From: Methanotrichaceae archaeon
Lineage (GTDB): Archaea; Halobacteriota; Methanosarcinia; Methanotrichales; Methanotrichaceae
Direction: 5' to 3'
DNA: 64,000 nucleotides
NCBI GenBank assembly: GCA_963748825.1
Contig: CAVVKN010000023.1
Location: 64,001-128,000 of the forward strand
Part shown: positions 33,341-42,891 of the stretch, piece after piece
How positions within the stretch are numbered: the stretch's first letter is position 1
Layout of the letters: each line of letters begins with the position of its first letter
Notes under the pieces: model-generated
Database searches by the model: none
The model's input: the letters and a program-made list of their open reading frames with translations, nothing else
Told to the model about the DNA's origin: nothing
Position numbers and translations under genes: made by a program

Positions 33341-34132
33341 GATTACTCTTGAGACCAATCTGGATGCAAACGAAACACGAATCATCTCCCTAGAAGGCAA
33401 CGATACTGCTCAGGATTACTACGACATTACCATCCCGATGAATGCCAGCGGCGGGGATGCAAATGCCTACATCGCAGATGAGGATTGGCTAGTTACAAAG
33501 ATCCAGGAAGTTCATGTAGTACCTGGATCAGCGACTCTTACTGTCACCGTCAAGAAATGCACAGGTAGCAAGCACCGGATGCCGGCGCACCGATGCATAA
33601 TCCTGCCATCGCCCTCGATGGGCCGCCTGTACAGTTGTAGCTGCTGTACTATCATCTACATCTACAGACCTGACTCTTGCGGCAGGCGAACGGATAGCCT
33701 TGGATTATTCCGGCGATGCAACAGCGTTCTCCGGGGATCAATCACCATCAAGATGAAGACGGTTTAATCCCTCTTAATTTTATTATAATTACAACATAAT
33801 GACTGAGATCTATGCGTATATCCAGCCGCATGATGCCGATGATTGGATATCGGCCCATATAGTCTATCATACCGCGTGGGACACCGACGAAGCATTACAA
33901 TCCGCCTCACCAATCGAGGCAAGCGATCGCATAGATCTTGTCTCTGAAGGACTGCAAGGATGCAGACGATGCCACGCAGCCCCACGCGTTACCCCCGCTC
34001 CATGCTGATGCAGGGGAATGAGGGTCATGTCTCCCGTTCCGTAGGAAGCACCATTCACTGAGGCATATGGCTGGTAAAAACCACGAGCTATAATGTTACT
34101 ATTATTTCGTGAGGATCTTTAAAAAATAAATT

Positions 34133-34978
34133 TTATACCAGCGGCCGAGGCTGCTTCTTCTCCGGCAGAACGGGCAGAGGCATCGTGTTTATCAGAAGCG
34201 GCTGCTCTACCTCCTTGGCCCTCTCTACCAAGAGCTCCTTGCCCCAGCGGGTCAAACCGAAGAGCGGCACGGCGGTGCCCACCTGCACCAGAGGCTTTAC
34301 CTGCTCACGAATGTGCTTTGAGGCGCAGGCGGTAACAATATCGGCTACTGCCAAGAGCCTAGCCGCATCTTCCCGGCATAGGGCGGTGAGATGAACCCCT
34401 ACTATCATCATCCTGACACCTGCTGCTTTCTCCAGCTCTCGCAGCTTTTCCGCTGACGAGGCATCGGCAACTGTTACGGCAAATTTCTTGTATCCGGCCG
34501 CTGCGGCATAGGCCGCCCCTTCTATCTGGTCTATCTTGCCGTCCTGGGGCGAGAGCACATGCCCGTCCATGGCCCGGATGCCCTCGATAACCTCAGGTAT
34601 GGGATCAGTCTCGGTAAGTCCGGATATGTAGCCGCCCATGCCCTGAACCAGATCGGCATTGGCCGTTATCACTGTTCCCGCGCCATCGCAAACGGTAACT
34701 GCGGCATCGATAATTCCCGTCTTAATGCCGGTCATCATGGACTCAGAGGCCCCAAAGCCCACGAAGATGCCCATCTTAAGCTTGCGCCGCGCCGAGAACA
34801 TCCCGTGATTCTTTATCCTAAACTCCATGTTTGCGGCAGCCGATTCGGACGTAATTTTTTTTATGCCCCTAATCTTGTCGAAGAGAGGACACCACTCAAT
34901 CAAGGGCTCGCTCGCATCCAGCACCTTTTCGCCTTCCACTTTGACGCGAGATTTTCCCAATAGCTCCATTATGTGCAT
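34133..34978 (-). CDS. Methanogenesis marker 8 protein (DUF2099)
   Basis: HIMELLGKSRV, CPLF, FGASE, VCDGAGTV, VQGMGG. Confidence 0.85.
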   Translation of the reverse strand: MHIMELLGKSRVKVEGEKVLDASEPLIEWCPLFDKIRGIKKITSESAAANMEFRIKNHGMFSARRKLKMGIFVGFGASESMMTGIKTGIIDAAVTVCDGAGTVITANADLVQGMGGYISGLTETDPIPEVIEGIRAMDGHVLSPQDGKIDQIEGAAYAAAAGYKKFAVTVADASSAEKLRELEKAAGVRMMIVGVHLTALCREDAARLLAVADIVTACASKHIREQVKPLVQVGTAVPLFGLTRWGKELLVERAKEVEQPLLINTMPLPVLPEKKQPRPLV

Positions 34979-35680
34979 TTAACCCTCCAGGAAGAAGTAG
35001 ACTCTTCTATTGGCTTTGCCCTTGTTCTCCGCCTTAATCATCTTGATCTTACCTATCTCGCCTGTGTTCTTAACATGAGTGCCTCCGCAGGCCTGCCGGT
35101 CGATGCCCTCTATCTCTACTATCCGAATCATCTCTCTGTCCGGGACAGCCATGGCCAGGCGGACGAGATCCGGCAAGACAAGCGCCTCGGCTCGGGGAAG
35201 GATTTTCGTGGTGACGGCGTGGCGCTCATCGACTATGCCATTGGCCTTCTCTACATACTCGCTCATCTTGGCCTTGTCAAAGCTCTCCAGGCTGAAATCC
35301 ACGCGCGATCTGGACAGTTCAATCTGGTTTCCCGTGATCTTAGCGCCAGTCTCCAGGAATATGACTGCACTGAGGATGTGGCAGGCAGTGTGACTGCGCA
35401 TGAATTGGTAACGCCTCTTGCTATCAATGGTCCCTGATACCCTGTCACCAGGCAGGAGGCCGGCCCTGTCCAGGATATGTTTTATTGCGCGTTCTCCTGG
35501 CTCTACTCCGACTACCTGGAACAGTTCCTCGCCCCGAATAAGAATGCCCGCATCCGCGGGCTGGCCACCCGACAGCGGATAGAATGCAGTTTTATCAAGT
35601 ATCACCAACTCGCCAAAGACATCTTCTACAGTGGCATCAAAAGTCCAAAGATAGCTATCCTCTAAGTACATCTCCTTCAT
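34979..35680 (-). CDS. alaX: Alanyl-tRNA editing protein AlaX
   Basis: TAFYPLSGGQPAD, HTACH, CGGTHV; ATG start chosen at 35680. Confidence 0.92.
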   Translation of the reverse strand: MKEMYLEDSYLWTFDATVEDVFGELVILDKTAFYPLSGGQPADAGILIRGEELFQVVGVEPGERAIKHILDRAGLLPGDRVSGTIDSKRRYQFMRSHTACHILSAVIFLETGAKITGNQIELSRSRVDFSLESFDKAKMSEYVEKANGIVDERHAVTTKILPRAEALVLPDLVRLAMAVPDREMIRIVEIEGIDRQACGGTHVKNTGEIGKIKMIKAENKGKANRRVYFFLEG

Positions 35681-35824
35681 AAAAAGAAATGTAAAAGCTA
35701 CTCTCTCTTCAGCCTGGCGGGCGAAAAATATCATATAGATTAAAAAATAATTTATAAGACAGACATATTTTCGACCTCAATGGAATTATTTTCAACGAAA
35801 CTTATATATATGTTATCACTCGTT

Positions 35825-36220
35825 ATGCGCCTGGTGACCGCTTTGAATACAACAGCCGCCTCAGACCTGAAAGTCGAACGCGACGAATTTGCATCCATAC
35901 TCATGAAGGTAGGCCTGAAAAGGAACGTGGCCAAAGTTTTGACCTATCTGGCAGGGGTGGCAGAGGCAACATCCCGCGAGATAGAGATTGGATCGGATCT
36001 TCGCCAGCCGGAAGTGAGCATTGCCATGCGGGAGATTCGAAAACTGGACTGGATTGCAGAGAGGGACGAGAAAAATCCAGGAAAGGGACGACCGTATCGC
36101 ATCTACAAGTTAAATAGAAGCCTTCCTGAAATAGTCGATTACCTGGAAGGGGAGAAGTCAAAGGAATCCGAGAGGATGCTGAGACAGATTGAAAAGCTCA
36201 AATCCTTGAAGTCCAATTGA
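35825..36220 (+). CDS. ArsR/TrmB-like transcriptional regulator (COG4738-type)
   Basis: ATSREIEIGSDLRQPEVSIAM, GKGRPYRIYKL. Confidence 0.85.
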   Translation: MRLVTALNTTAASDLKVERDEFASILMKVGLKRNVAKVLTYLAGVAEATSREIEIGSDLRQPEVSIAMREIRKLDWIAERDEKNPGKGRPYRIYKLNRSLPEIVDYLEGEKSKESERMLRQIEKLKSLKSN

Positions 36221-36491
36221 ACATCACAACGTTTTCTTTTCTATTCAAATCAATTTTTTAGCGATCATCGATAAGTATTTGACGTAAAATAAAATATTCA
36301 AATTTTAGCCAGCATAACCATAAATTGTGATCATTATAGAATATAATTCCAGACATGTCTCGAGAATGTGTAAATTATCTCCCGTCAAGTCCTAAACAAT
36401 ATGTAATATATTATTAAGATATATATCTTCTCTATGCAAAAAACTATATACTAATTGATTAGTAGAATAAGGCAGAAAAAAAGTAGAGGGG

Positions 36492-37610
36492 ATGGAGATT
36501 AAGTACATCATCGACGAAGCCCTGGGCAGATCTGAGGCCGAGAGCAGGATCAAACCTTCCAGCATGATCCAGAGCGATGAAGAGCTGGTTTCGGTTTTAG
36601 AAGAGCTGACCACGGTTATCCGAGTCATAGGATGCGGTGGAGGCGGCTCAAATACCATAGACCGTTTGGCAGAGTGCGGCATCCAGGGTGCGGAGCTATT
36701 TGCCATCAATACCGATGCCCAGCATCTTTTGCATATCAACGCCGACCGGCGTTTTCTCATTGGCAGGCGCACCACACGTGGCCTGGGGGCAGGAAGCTTG
36801 CCCGCCATCGGGGAGGAGGCGGCTCAGGAGGATATCGATGAGATCAAAGCGTCCGTGGAAGGAGCTGATATGGTCTTCGTTACCTGTGGACTTGGCGGCG
36901 GCACAGGAACGGGAGCGTCTCCCGTAGTAGCGGAAGCCGCACGCGAGGCGGGGGCTCTCACCATTGCCATCGTCACCATCCCCTTCAGTGCGGAAGGCTC
37001 CATCAGAATGCAGAATGCCGAAGCCGGCCTGAAGAGGCTGCGAGAGGTTTCGGACACGGTAATAGTGGTGCCCAACGATCGGTTATTAGATGTAGTTCCC
37101 AACCTCCCCCTGCAGGCGGCATTCAAGGTAGCCGATGAGGTGCTGATGCGCTCCGTCAAGGGCATCACCGAGTTGATCACCCGACCCGGACTGATCAATC
37201 TGGACTTTGCCGATGTCAGAACGGTCATGACCAACGGCGGCGTGGCCATGATCGGCATGGGTGAGGCAGAAGGCGAGGAGAAGGCACGCGACTCCGTCAT
37301 GAAGGCTCTGCGCAGTCCCCTCCTGGATGTGGATGTATCGGGCGCAAACTCGGCTCTGGTAAATGTGGTGGGAGGGCCGGATATGACTATCACCGATGCC
37401 GAAACGGTGGTAGATGAGGTCTACCAGAAGATCAATCCTGATGCTCGCATAATCTGGGGCGCGCAGATAGACCCGAACCTTGAGCATACTCTGCGGACCA
37501 TGCTTGTGGTCACCGGTGTATCGTCCCCGCAAATACTGGGAAAGGACCTGAACCGACGTGTTACATCCCGTCACGGTATAGACTTCCTCCCTCGCCGGGC
37601 GCGCTACTGA
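36492..37610 (+). CDS. ftsZ: Cell division protein FtsZ (FtsZ1-like)
   Basis: [30 protein letters not shown]; FtsZ1-type N-terminal DEEL segment. Confidence 0.97.
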   Translation: MEIKYIIDEALGRSEAESRIKPSSMIQSDEELVSVLEELTTVIRVIGCGGGGSNTIDRLAECGIQGAELFAINTDAQHLLHINADRRFLIGRRTTRGLGAGSLPAIGEEAAQEDIDEIKASVEGADMVFVTCGLGGGTGTGASPVVAEAAREAGALTIAIVTIPFSAEGSIRMQNAEAGLKRLREVSDTVIVVPNDRLLDVVPNLPLQAAFKVADEVLMRSVKGITELITRPGLINLDFADVRTVMTNGGVAMIGMGEAEGEEKARDSVMKALRSPLLDVDVSGANSALVNVVGGPDMTITDAETVVDEVYQKINPDARIIWGAQIDPNLEHTLRTMLVVTGVSSPQILGKDLNRRVTSRHGIDFLPRRARY

Positions 37611-37716
37611 TCTCCATCCTTTCTTGTTTTTGATTATATGTGCTAACACGTACCATGTCAATCGATGGAATTATAAGGCCGCACCCGAATTAATACTATT
37701 GATCCCATGAGCGGAT

Positions 37717-38025
37717 GTGATAGTAATTCTGACCGAGAAGGTGAGCGGCGAGCTTGAGATGCTGCAACGGCACCTGGTCATCCTCAAGCAAGTGGTGGAG
37801 AATGAACCCATAGGCATCCTCAAGCTGGCGGAGGAGACAAAGATACCCAGCCACAAGGTACGATATTCCCTGCGGGTTTTAGAGCAGGAAGGATTAATCA
37901 AGGCTTCAGCCCCGGGAGCTGTGACCACGGAGGAAACCCAATCTTTTCTAAAAGAGCTGGACGGCATGATTGAGAATCTGGCCAAGCGGGCAGAGGATCT
38001 GAAGAAGATCAAGATAGCGAGGTAA
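37717..38025 (+). CDS. Winged-HTH transcriptional regulator (COG3388-like)
   Basis: EPIGILKLAEET, HKVRYSLRVLEQEGLI. Confidence 0.8.
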   Translation: MIVILTEKVSGELEMLQRHLVILKQVVENEPIGILKLAEETKIPSHKVRYSLRVLEQEGLIKASAPGAVTTEETQSFLKELDGMIENLAKRAEDLKKIKIAR

Positions 38026-39636
38026 ATGCGTTATTCTCGAATTGCCCAGGCCCTGCAAGAGATCTCCCAGGCCCCCCGAAGCCAAAAGGTCGATCTAACG
38101 GCGGGCCTTCTGGCAGAGATTGAGCCTACGCCAAAGATGCTCTGTCCAGCCGTGCGGCTGCTTTTAGGCGAGCTTTGGCCGCCCTGGGAAGGGAGGGAGA
38201 TGGGCATAGGTCCGGAAGCTCTCATGGCGGCCTTGGCGGAGGTATCTGATCAAGATCTTCCTTCTCTGCGGGAGAGATGCAGTGACATGGGGATGGTGGC
38301 TGAGGCGGCACTGGGGCAGAAAGGGCAGCATTCCCTTTTTCGCGAGCCTCTCGAAGCCTTATCGGTTTATGAAAGGCTCCGGCGCATCTCTACATTAAAT
38401 GGCAAGGAATCGGAACAACGCAAGAATGCTCTACTAAGGGGCCTATTTTTAGAAGCAACTCCCCTGGAGGGAAAGTACATCGCACGAACTGCGCTGCGAA
38501 ATATGCAGGCCGGCATCGGGCATAAGACCATGATTGCCGCGCTCTCTTCCTCACTGCACTGCGACCAGGAGAAAATTCGCCGTGCTTACAGCCTCATGCC
38601 GGACTTGGGCAGCATTGCCGCTCTGACGTGCAGCAGGGAGCTGGAGAGAGTTGCCATCCGGCCTAAAGTTCCCACCAGGTTCATGCTATTTCGCCGCAGC
38701 GATCCTAAGGCGCCGGGAGCTTTTCTGCCTAAATATCCAGGCTTGCGGGTGCAGGTTCATAAAATAGAAAACGAGGTTATTATCTTCACCTCGCAACTAC
38801 GAAATATCACCTTTGCCCTGAACGGCATATCCCGGATGCTTGGAGAAATAGATGCGGATTTTGTCGTGGATGCCGACCTCATAGGATTTCATGATAGCGG
38901 CAATAGGAGAAAAGAGATTTGCAGCCAGGCGGAAATGCTGAGGTACATCAATCGCCGTCGCCTCTCTCGCAAGAGCAACATTCACCCGGCCCTCCTGGCC
39001 TATGACCTCATCGCCCTGCAAGGAGAAGACATTTGCAGTATGCCCTATCAGGATCGGCGAAAGAGGCTTTTATCAATACTTGGCGAGCCCAAAGCCATGC
39101 CCTTTCAGGGAATATCTCCTGCCCAGGAAGACGTCCTTATGGATAGTGGCGAAGTTGATGAATTTCTCTGCCGGGCAGGGATTGCCGGAGCCAGGGCGTT
39201 GTTAGAGCGAGATCTTCAGGCCGCCTATCGTCCCGGCGAAGTCTCCGATCAGGATTTCATCATCAGAGCCGAGCATAATCTCGCCGCTCTGATTGTGCGG
39301 ATGTCGTGGGGCCGCGGCAAAGAAGAGAAGCATTCGGCAAGATATCAGGTAGCATTAAGGAGAGGCGAAGAGCTTGTGCCAGTAGGCTGGGCATGGCGCG
39401 GTCTTCTCGATAAAGATCAACAGGCTCTATCCCATAGCCTGAGATCCCTGGTAAGAGATGAGGATGAGAGTGGTGCCGATGTAAATGCGCAGGTTGTCCT
39501 GAACCTTAAGATCAGAGGAGCGCATAAAAATGGAGAGAAATACAGCATTCTTGAGCCGGTGATTGAAAGCGTTAGGCTCAATGCCTCCCCAGAGGATGCG
39601 GATGAGCTGGAGAGGCTGGAGAAGATCTGCCCCTGA
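38026..39636 (+). CDS. ATP-dependent DNA ligase homolog with degenerate catalytic motifs (probable pseudoenzyme)
   Basis: DBD (ATPLEGKYIAR), NTase and OB-fold order retained, but KYPGLR, VVDAD, RALLER, DFIIRA and SILEP replace the canonical motifs. Confidence 0.8.
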   Translation: MRYSRIAQALQEISQAPRSQKVDLTAGLLAEIEPTPKMLCPAVRLLLGELWPPWEGREMGIGPEALMAALAEVSDQDLPSLRERCSDMGMVAEAALGQKGQHSLFREPLEALSVYERLRRISTLNGKESEQRKNALLRGLFLEATPLEGKYIARTALRNMQAGIGHKTMIAALSSSLHCDQEKIRRAYSLMPDLGSIAALTCSRELERVAIRPKVPTRFMLFRRSDPKAPGAFLPKYPGLRVQVHKIENEVIIFTSQLRNITFALNGISRMLGEIDADFVVDADLIGFHDSGNRRKEICSQAEMLRYINRRRLSRKSNIHPALLAYDLIALQGEDICSMPYQDRRKRLLSILGEPKAMPFQGISPAQEDVLMDSGEVDEFLCRAGIAGARALLERDLQAAYRPGEVSDQDFIIRAEHNLAALIVRMSWGRGKEEKHSARYQVALRRGEELVPVGWAWRGLLDKDQQALSHSLRSLVRDEDESGADVNAQVVLNLKIRGAHKNGEKYSILEPVIESVRLNASPEDADELERLEKICP

Positions 39637-40523
39637 TGATCCTCAGATCCTTTGACCCCTGGAAGAGCCAGCTGTGCACCTGTCCGGCCAAGATGAGCCT
39701 GAATCCCTACACAGGATGCCCGCATGGCTGCCTTTACTGCTACGCCTCATCCTACATCCCCCGCTTTGCAGAATGCCGCCCCAAGGTTGATCTCCTAAAA
39801 CGCCTGGCCAGAGAGTCGTCCAAGATCAGGCCCGGCACCCTGGTGGCATTGTCCAATAGCTCCGATCCCTATCCCCCCATGGAAAAGGATCTGAGGCTCA
39901 GCCGGGGCTGTTTGCAGATCTTAAAAGCACGGGGTCTTCGTGTCCAGGTGGTGACCAAGTCGCATCTGGTGGCCCAGGATGCAGAGCTATTGGCCGAAAT
40001 GTTGGCCTGCGTGGCCATAACCGTCACTACGCTGCAGGACTCAATTTGCCGCAGGCTGGAGCCGGGAGCGCCATTGCCGGCAAAACGCCTTGATGCCATG
40101 GCGAAGCTGGCGGAAAGGGGTGTTGCCGTCTCGGCCAGAATCGATCCCATAATTCCCGGCATAAACGATGCAGAGATCGAACAATTGGCGGCTGCCGTCT
40201 CACGGGCCGGAGCCGGGCACATAACCTCATCCACTTATAAGGCCCGTCCGGGAAATATGAATAAGATCATCTCTGCCTTTCCGCAAGAGGGCGCAGCTTT
40301 AAAGAGCCTGTTTGCAAGAGGCGACAAGGTTGCAGGAAGCTGCTATCTTCCGGCAGATACTAGATGCGATCTGATGCAAAGGGTAAAAGAGAGTGCACAG
40401 CAAGAGAGAGTGACGTTCTCCTCTTGCCGGGAAGGATGGGCAAGAGTTCCGGGAATAAACTGCGATGGGTCGCATTTATTGTCCCCGATTAGCAGTATTG
40501 AACATAATTCCGGAGATAGATGA
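39636..40523 (+). CDS. Radical SAM protein, spore-photoproduct-lyase-like family (COG1533)
   Basis: LNPYTGCPHGCLYCYA, SDPYPPME, VVTKS, RLEPGAP, RIDPIIPGIND; TGATG overlap with the upstream gene. Confidence 0.88.
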   Translation: MILRSFDPWKSQLCTCPAKMSLNPYTGCPHGCLYCYASSYIPRFAECRPKVDLLKRLARESSKIRPGTLVALSNSSDPYPPMEKDLRLSRGCLQILKARGLRVQVVTKSHLVAQDAELLAEMLACVAITVTTLQDSICRRLEPGAPLPAKRLDAMAKLAERGVAVSARIDPIIPGINDAEIEQLAAAVSRAGAGHITSSTYKARPGNMNKIISAFPQEGAALKSLFARGDKVAGSCYLPADTRCDLMQRVKESAQQERVTFSSCREGWARVPGINCDGSHLLSPISSIEHNSGDR

Positions 40524-40772
40524 ACCTACTGAAACACAAAAATAATACAGTGGGCCAACCGGCCATGTCAGTTTTGCCACCGTATCGCCATATCGTCCCT
40601 GTCGAGGTGGACGGGGGCATAAATGCGATGCGGTCCCTTAATTGTGGTCATCGTCCATGAAAGTCTATTTATATGAAGAATAACTAGACTTGACGACAAT
40701 TCTTCTCAAAGGGGAGGATGTTCAAGCTACAGTCATAAATGCTATGCGCTAGAGGAATAGGAGGTATTCAAT

Positions 40773-41645
40773 ATGAGGAAAATTATGGCTATCACTGTGG
40801 CCCTCATGATAGCAGCCATTATTTTAATGCCTGCTTTGGGGTACACTAATCAAGCTGCCGGAAATCAGTCTTACACTGTAAAATCAGGAGATAGAGTCGG
40901 CTACAGCGTCACAACAAATGTTCCCGCCCATAACCTGACTCCGGATATGATGGCAAACAAGTATTCTCTCAAGTCCGCCGGTATTCAGAGTACCAGGATG
41001 CCCTACTCGTTTAAGCAGGGAACCGCCACACCCTACTCCGTTAAGCTGGAAGGTGTCAAGAATGCTGCTCCACTGGGCATGAAAACCAAGCCGGTCGCAA
41101 AACTGGGAAGCATGATGGATGCAGCTCTGCCCGTGGCTGCTCCTGTGGTTGAGCCTGTAGCCACTCCTGTGGTTGAGACCGTAGCTGCGCCAATGAATGA
41201 GACCGTAGCTACTCCTGTGGTTGAGACCGTGGCCGCTCCTGTGGTTGAGACCGTAGCTGCGCCAATGAATGAGACCGTAGCTACTCCTGTGGTTGAGACC
41301 GAAGCTGAGCCAATGAATGAGACCGTGGCCGCTCCTGTGGTTGAGACCATGGCTGCACCAATGAATGAGACCAAATTCACGATCGAAGGAATTGTCACCG
41401 ATATCAATCAAACCGGCCTTGCTGGCTGGACCATGAATCTGACAATGGATGGAGCAGTTATCAATAGTGTTGCAACAGCCGCTGACGGCAAGTTTGCCTT
41501 CGCAGACCTGGCTGCTGGTGAATACAATGTTTCCGAGGTCCTCATGGAGGGCTGGAGCATAATCTCCCCCGCTGAGGGCAAGTCCGTTGTAACCATCACC
41601 AATGCCAGTGTTACCGACCTGGTATTCGTCAATCAACTCGGGTAG
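40773..41645 (+). CDS. Secreted protein with Pro/Val/Thr repeat linker and C-terminal SdrD-B/CnaB-like domain
   Basis: Signal peptide; GLAGWTMNL...TAADGKFAFADLAAGEYNVSE; GAGGT RBS upstream; downstream T-tract. Confidence 0.75.
   Translation: MRKIMAITVALMIAAIILMPALGYTNQAAGNQSYTVKSGDRVGYSVTTNVPAHNLTPDMMANKYSLKSAGIQSTRMPYSFKQGTATPYSVKLEGVKNAAPLGMKTKPVAKLGSMMDAALPVAAPVVEPVATPVVETVAAPMNETVATPVVETVAAPVVETVAAPMNETVATPVVETEAEPMNETVAAPVVETMAAPMNETKFTIEGIVTDINQTGLAGWTMNLTMDGAVINSVATAADGKFAFADLAAGEYNVSEVLMEGWSIISPAEGKSVVTITNASVTDLVFVNQLG
41142..41372 (+). repeat. 24-bp coding tandem repeat (PVVETVAA/PMNETVAT), about 9.6 units
   Basis: Alternating CCTGTGGTTGAGACCGTA and CCAATGAATGAGACCGTA units. Confidence 0.9.
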
Positions 41646-41780
41646 AACCGGCAAAAAGCAATATAAAAAATCATGACCCTGGTCCTCCAGGGCTCTTTTT
41701 TTCTTTTTTTCTTGTGCTACATCAACCAATAATCTTTCATAGGGTGAAGAGCAAAAGGTAATGATAATTGGGGGATATTT

Positions 41781-42155
41781 GTGAAAACTAGAATAGTATG
41801 GATGCTAACAGGTATTTTTGTGCTGACACTGGCAGCACCGGTCTTTGCCTCAGGATTTTACGGTTCCGGCCCCTGCGAGGCAAGAAATGCAATAGAAGCC
41901 TATTGCGTGAATCATGGCGGATGTCCCAAAGACGGATACTGCTATTTCCCGGACGGCAGCTTCTGTGAGCTTCGATCCTTTTACAACGGAACTTGCCCGG
42001 GACGAGAATACTACGAGCAGGCCATGTGGATGGCAGAGGCCTACAGCTTCCTTAACAGCGACTGGGGATACAGCACTCCCTACACGCCCTATATGTACCA
42101 GTATAATTACCCTTATTATTATTGGCCAACTTATGCACCGGGATATGGCATTTAG
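41781..42155 (+). CDS. Small secreted Cys-rich protein (DUF333-like)
   Basis: Signal peptide; YCVNHGG...GYCYFPDGSFCELRSFYNGTC; Tyr/Pro-rich tail. Confidence 0.6.
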   Translation: MKTRIVWMLTGIFVLTLAAPVFASGFYGSGPCEARNAIEAYCVNHGGCPKDGYCYFPDGSFCELRSFYNGTCPGREYYEQAMWMAEAYSFLNSDWGYSTPYTPYMYQYNYPYYYWPTYAPGYGI

Positions 42156-42212
42156 TAATAGTGGGGACGAATTTCGCCGGAAAAGGCAATATGCCTCTCC
42201 GGCCATTCTTAA

Positions 42213-42872
42213 TTAAACGAGGATATCATGCTTGAATTTCTCGAAGCCGATCTCCTCTATAAACTCGCCCAGACGCTGTTTTTTGGCATGGTCCTTGTAG
42301 TAGTTGATTATCTTATCGATGAGCGAAAATACCTCTTCATCGGAAAGATTCTCAGCCAGCATCACTCCAAGCCGGGGCTTGACTCCGCTGCTTCCTCCTA
42401 CCAGAAGCTTCCATCCCTTGGACATTCCGATCAAGCCGATATCTTTTACGGCCGGCTCGGCGCAGGAGTTTGCACATCCGGATACGCCAATTTTAAACTT
42501 CCAGGGAAGCTGCATGCCATGATACAGCCCATCCAACTTCAAGCCTACGCCCACAGAATCCTGCTGGCCTCGCTTGCAGAAGGTGGTTCCGGGGCAGATC
42601 TTGATGCTTCGAACGCATAGACCAATGGCTGCCCCTGCTTTCATTCCCAGATCCTTCCAGGCATCATCGATGTCCTTGGGATCAATTCCAACGATGGCGA
42701 TTCTCTGCGCCGAGGTGATCTTGAGAACCTTGGCGTTGTATTTCTCAGCCACATCGGCGATCCTGCGCAGGCCAGCCGGATCTATTATGCCGCCTGCGAT
42801 ATGTGGCGCTATGGCATAGGTCTCTTTGTCCCTTTGCACAATTGCGCCCTTTTCCAGAATATCTTTGGACAT
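42213..42872 (-). CDS. Nitrite/sulfite reductase-like siroheme-[4Fe-4S] protein
   Basis: KITSAQRI, CPGTTFC, KFKIGVSGCANSC, DIGLIG. Confidence 0.85.
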   Translation of the reverse strand: MSKDILEKGAIVQRDKETYAIAPHIAGGIIDPAGLRRIADVAEKYNAKVLKITSAQRIAIVGIDPKDIDDAWKDLGMKAGAAIGLCVRSIKICPGTTFCKRGQQDSVGVGLKLDGLYHGMQLPWKFKIGVSGCANSCAEPAVKDIGLIGMSKGWKLLVGGSSGVKPRLGVMLAENLSDEEVFSLIDKIINYYKDHAKKQRLGEFIEEIGFEKFKHDILV

Positions 42873-42891
42873 GTTCTCGTCTCTAATTGTT

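Larger units (their letters stand above)
31984..33767 (+). pseudogene. Disrupted collagen-like / coiled-coil surface fibre protein
   Basis: Signal peptide; 24 Gly-X-Y triplets split by an insertion at 32247-32367; 29-aa repeats; beta-rich C-terminal domain with frameshifts near 33341, 33567, 33623 and 33733. Confidence 0.8.

Noticed and set aside
33799-34008. 69-aa ORF downstream of the fibre pseudogene
   Set aside because: No recognisable motif; it may be decayed sequence and cannot be supported as a gene
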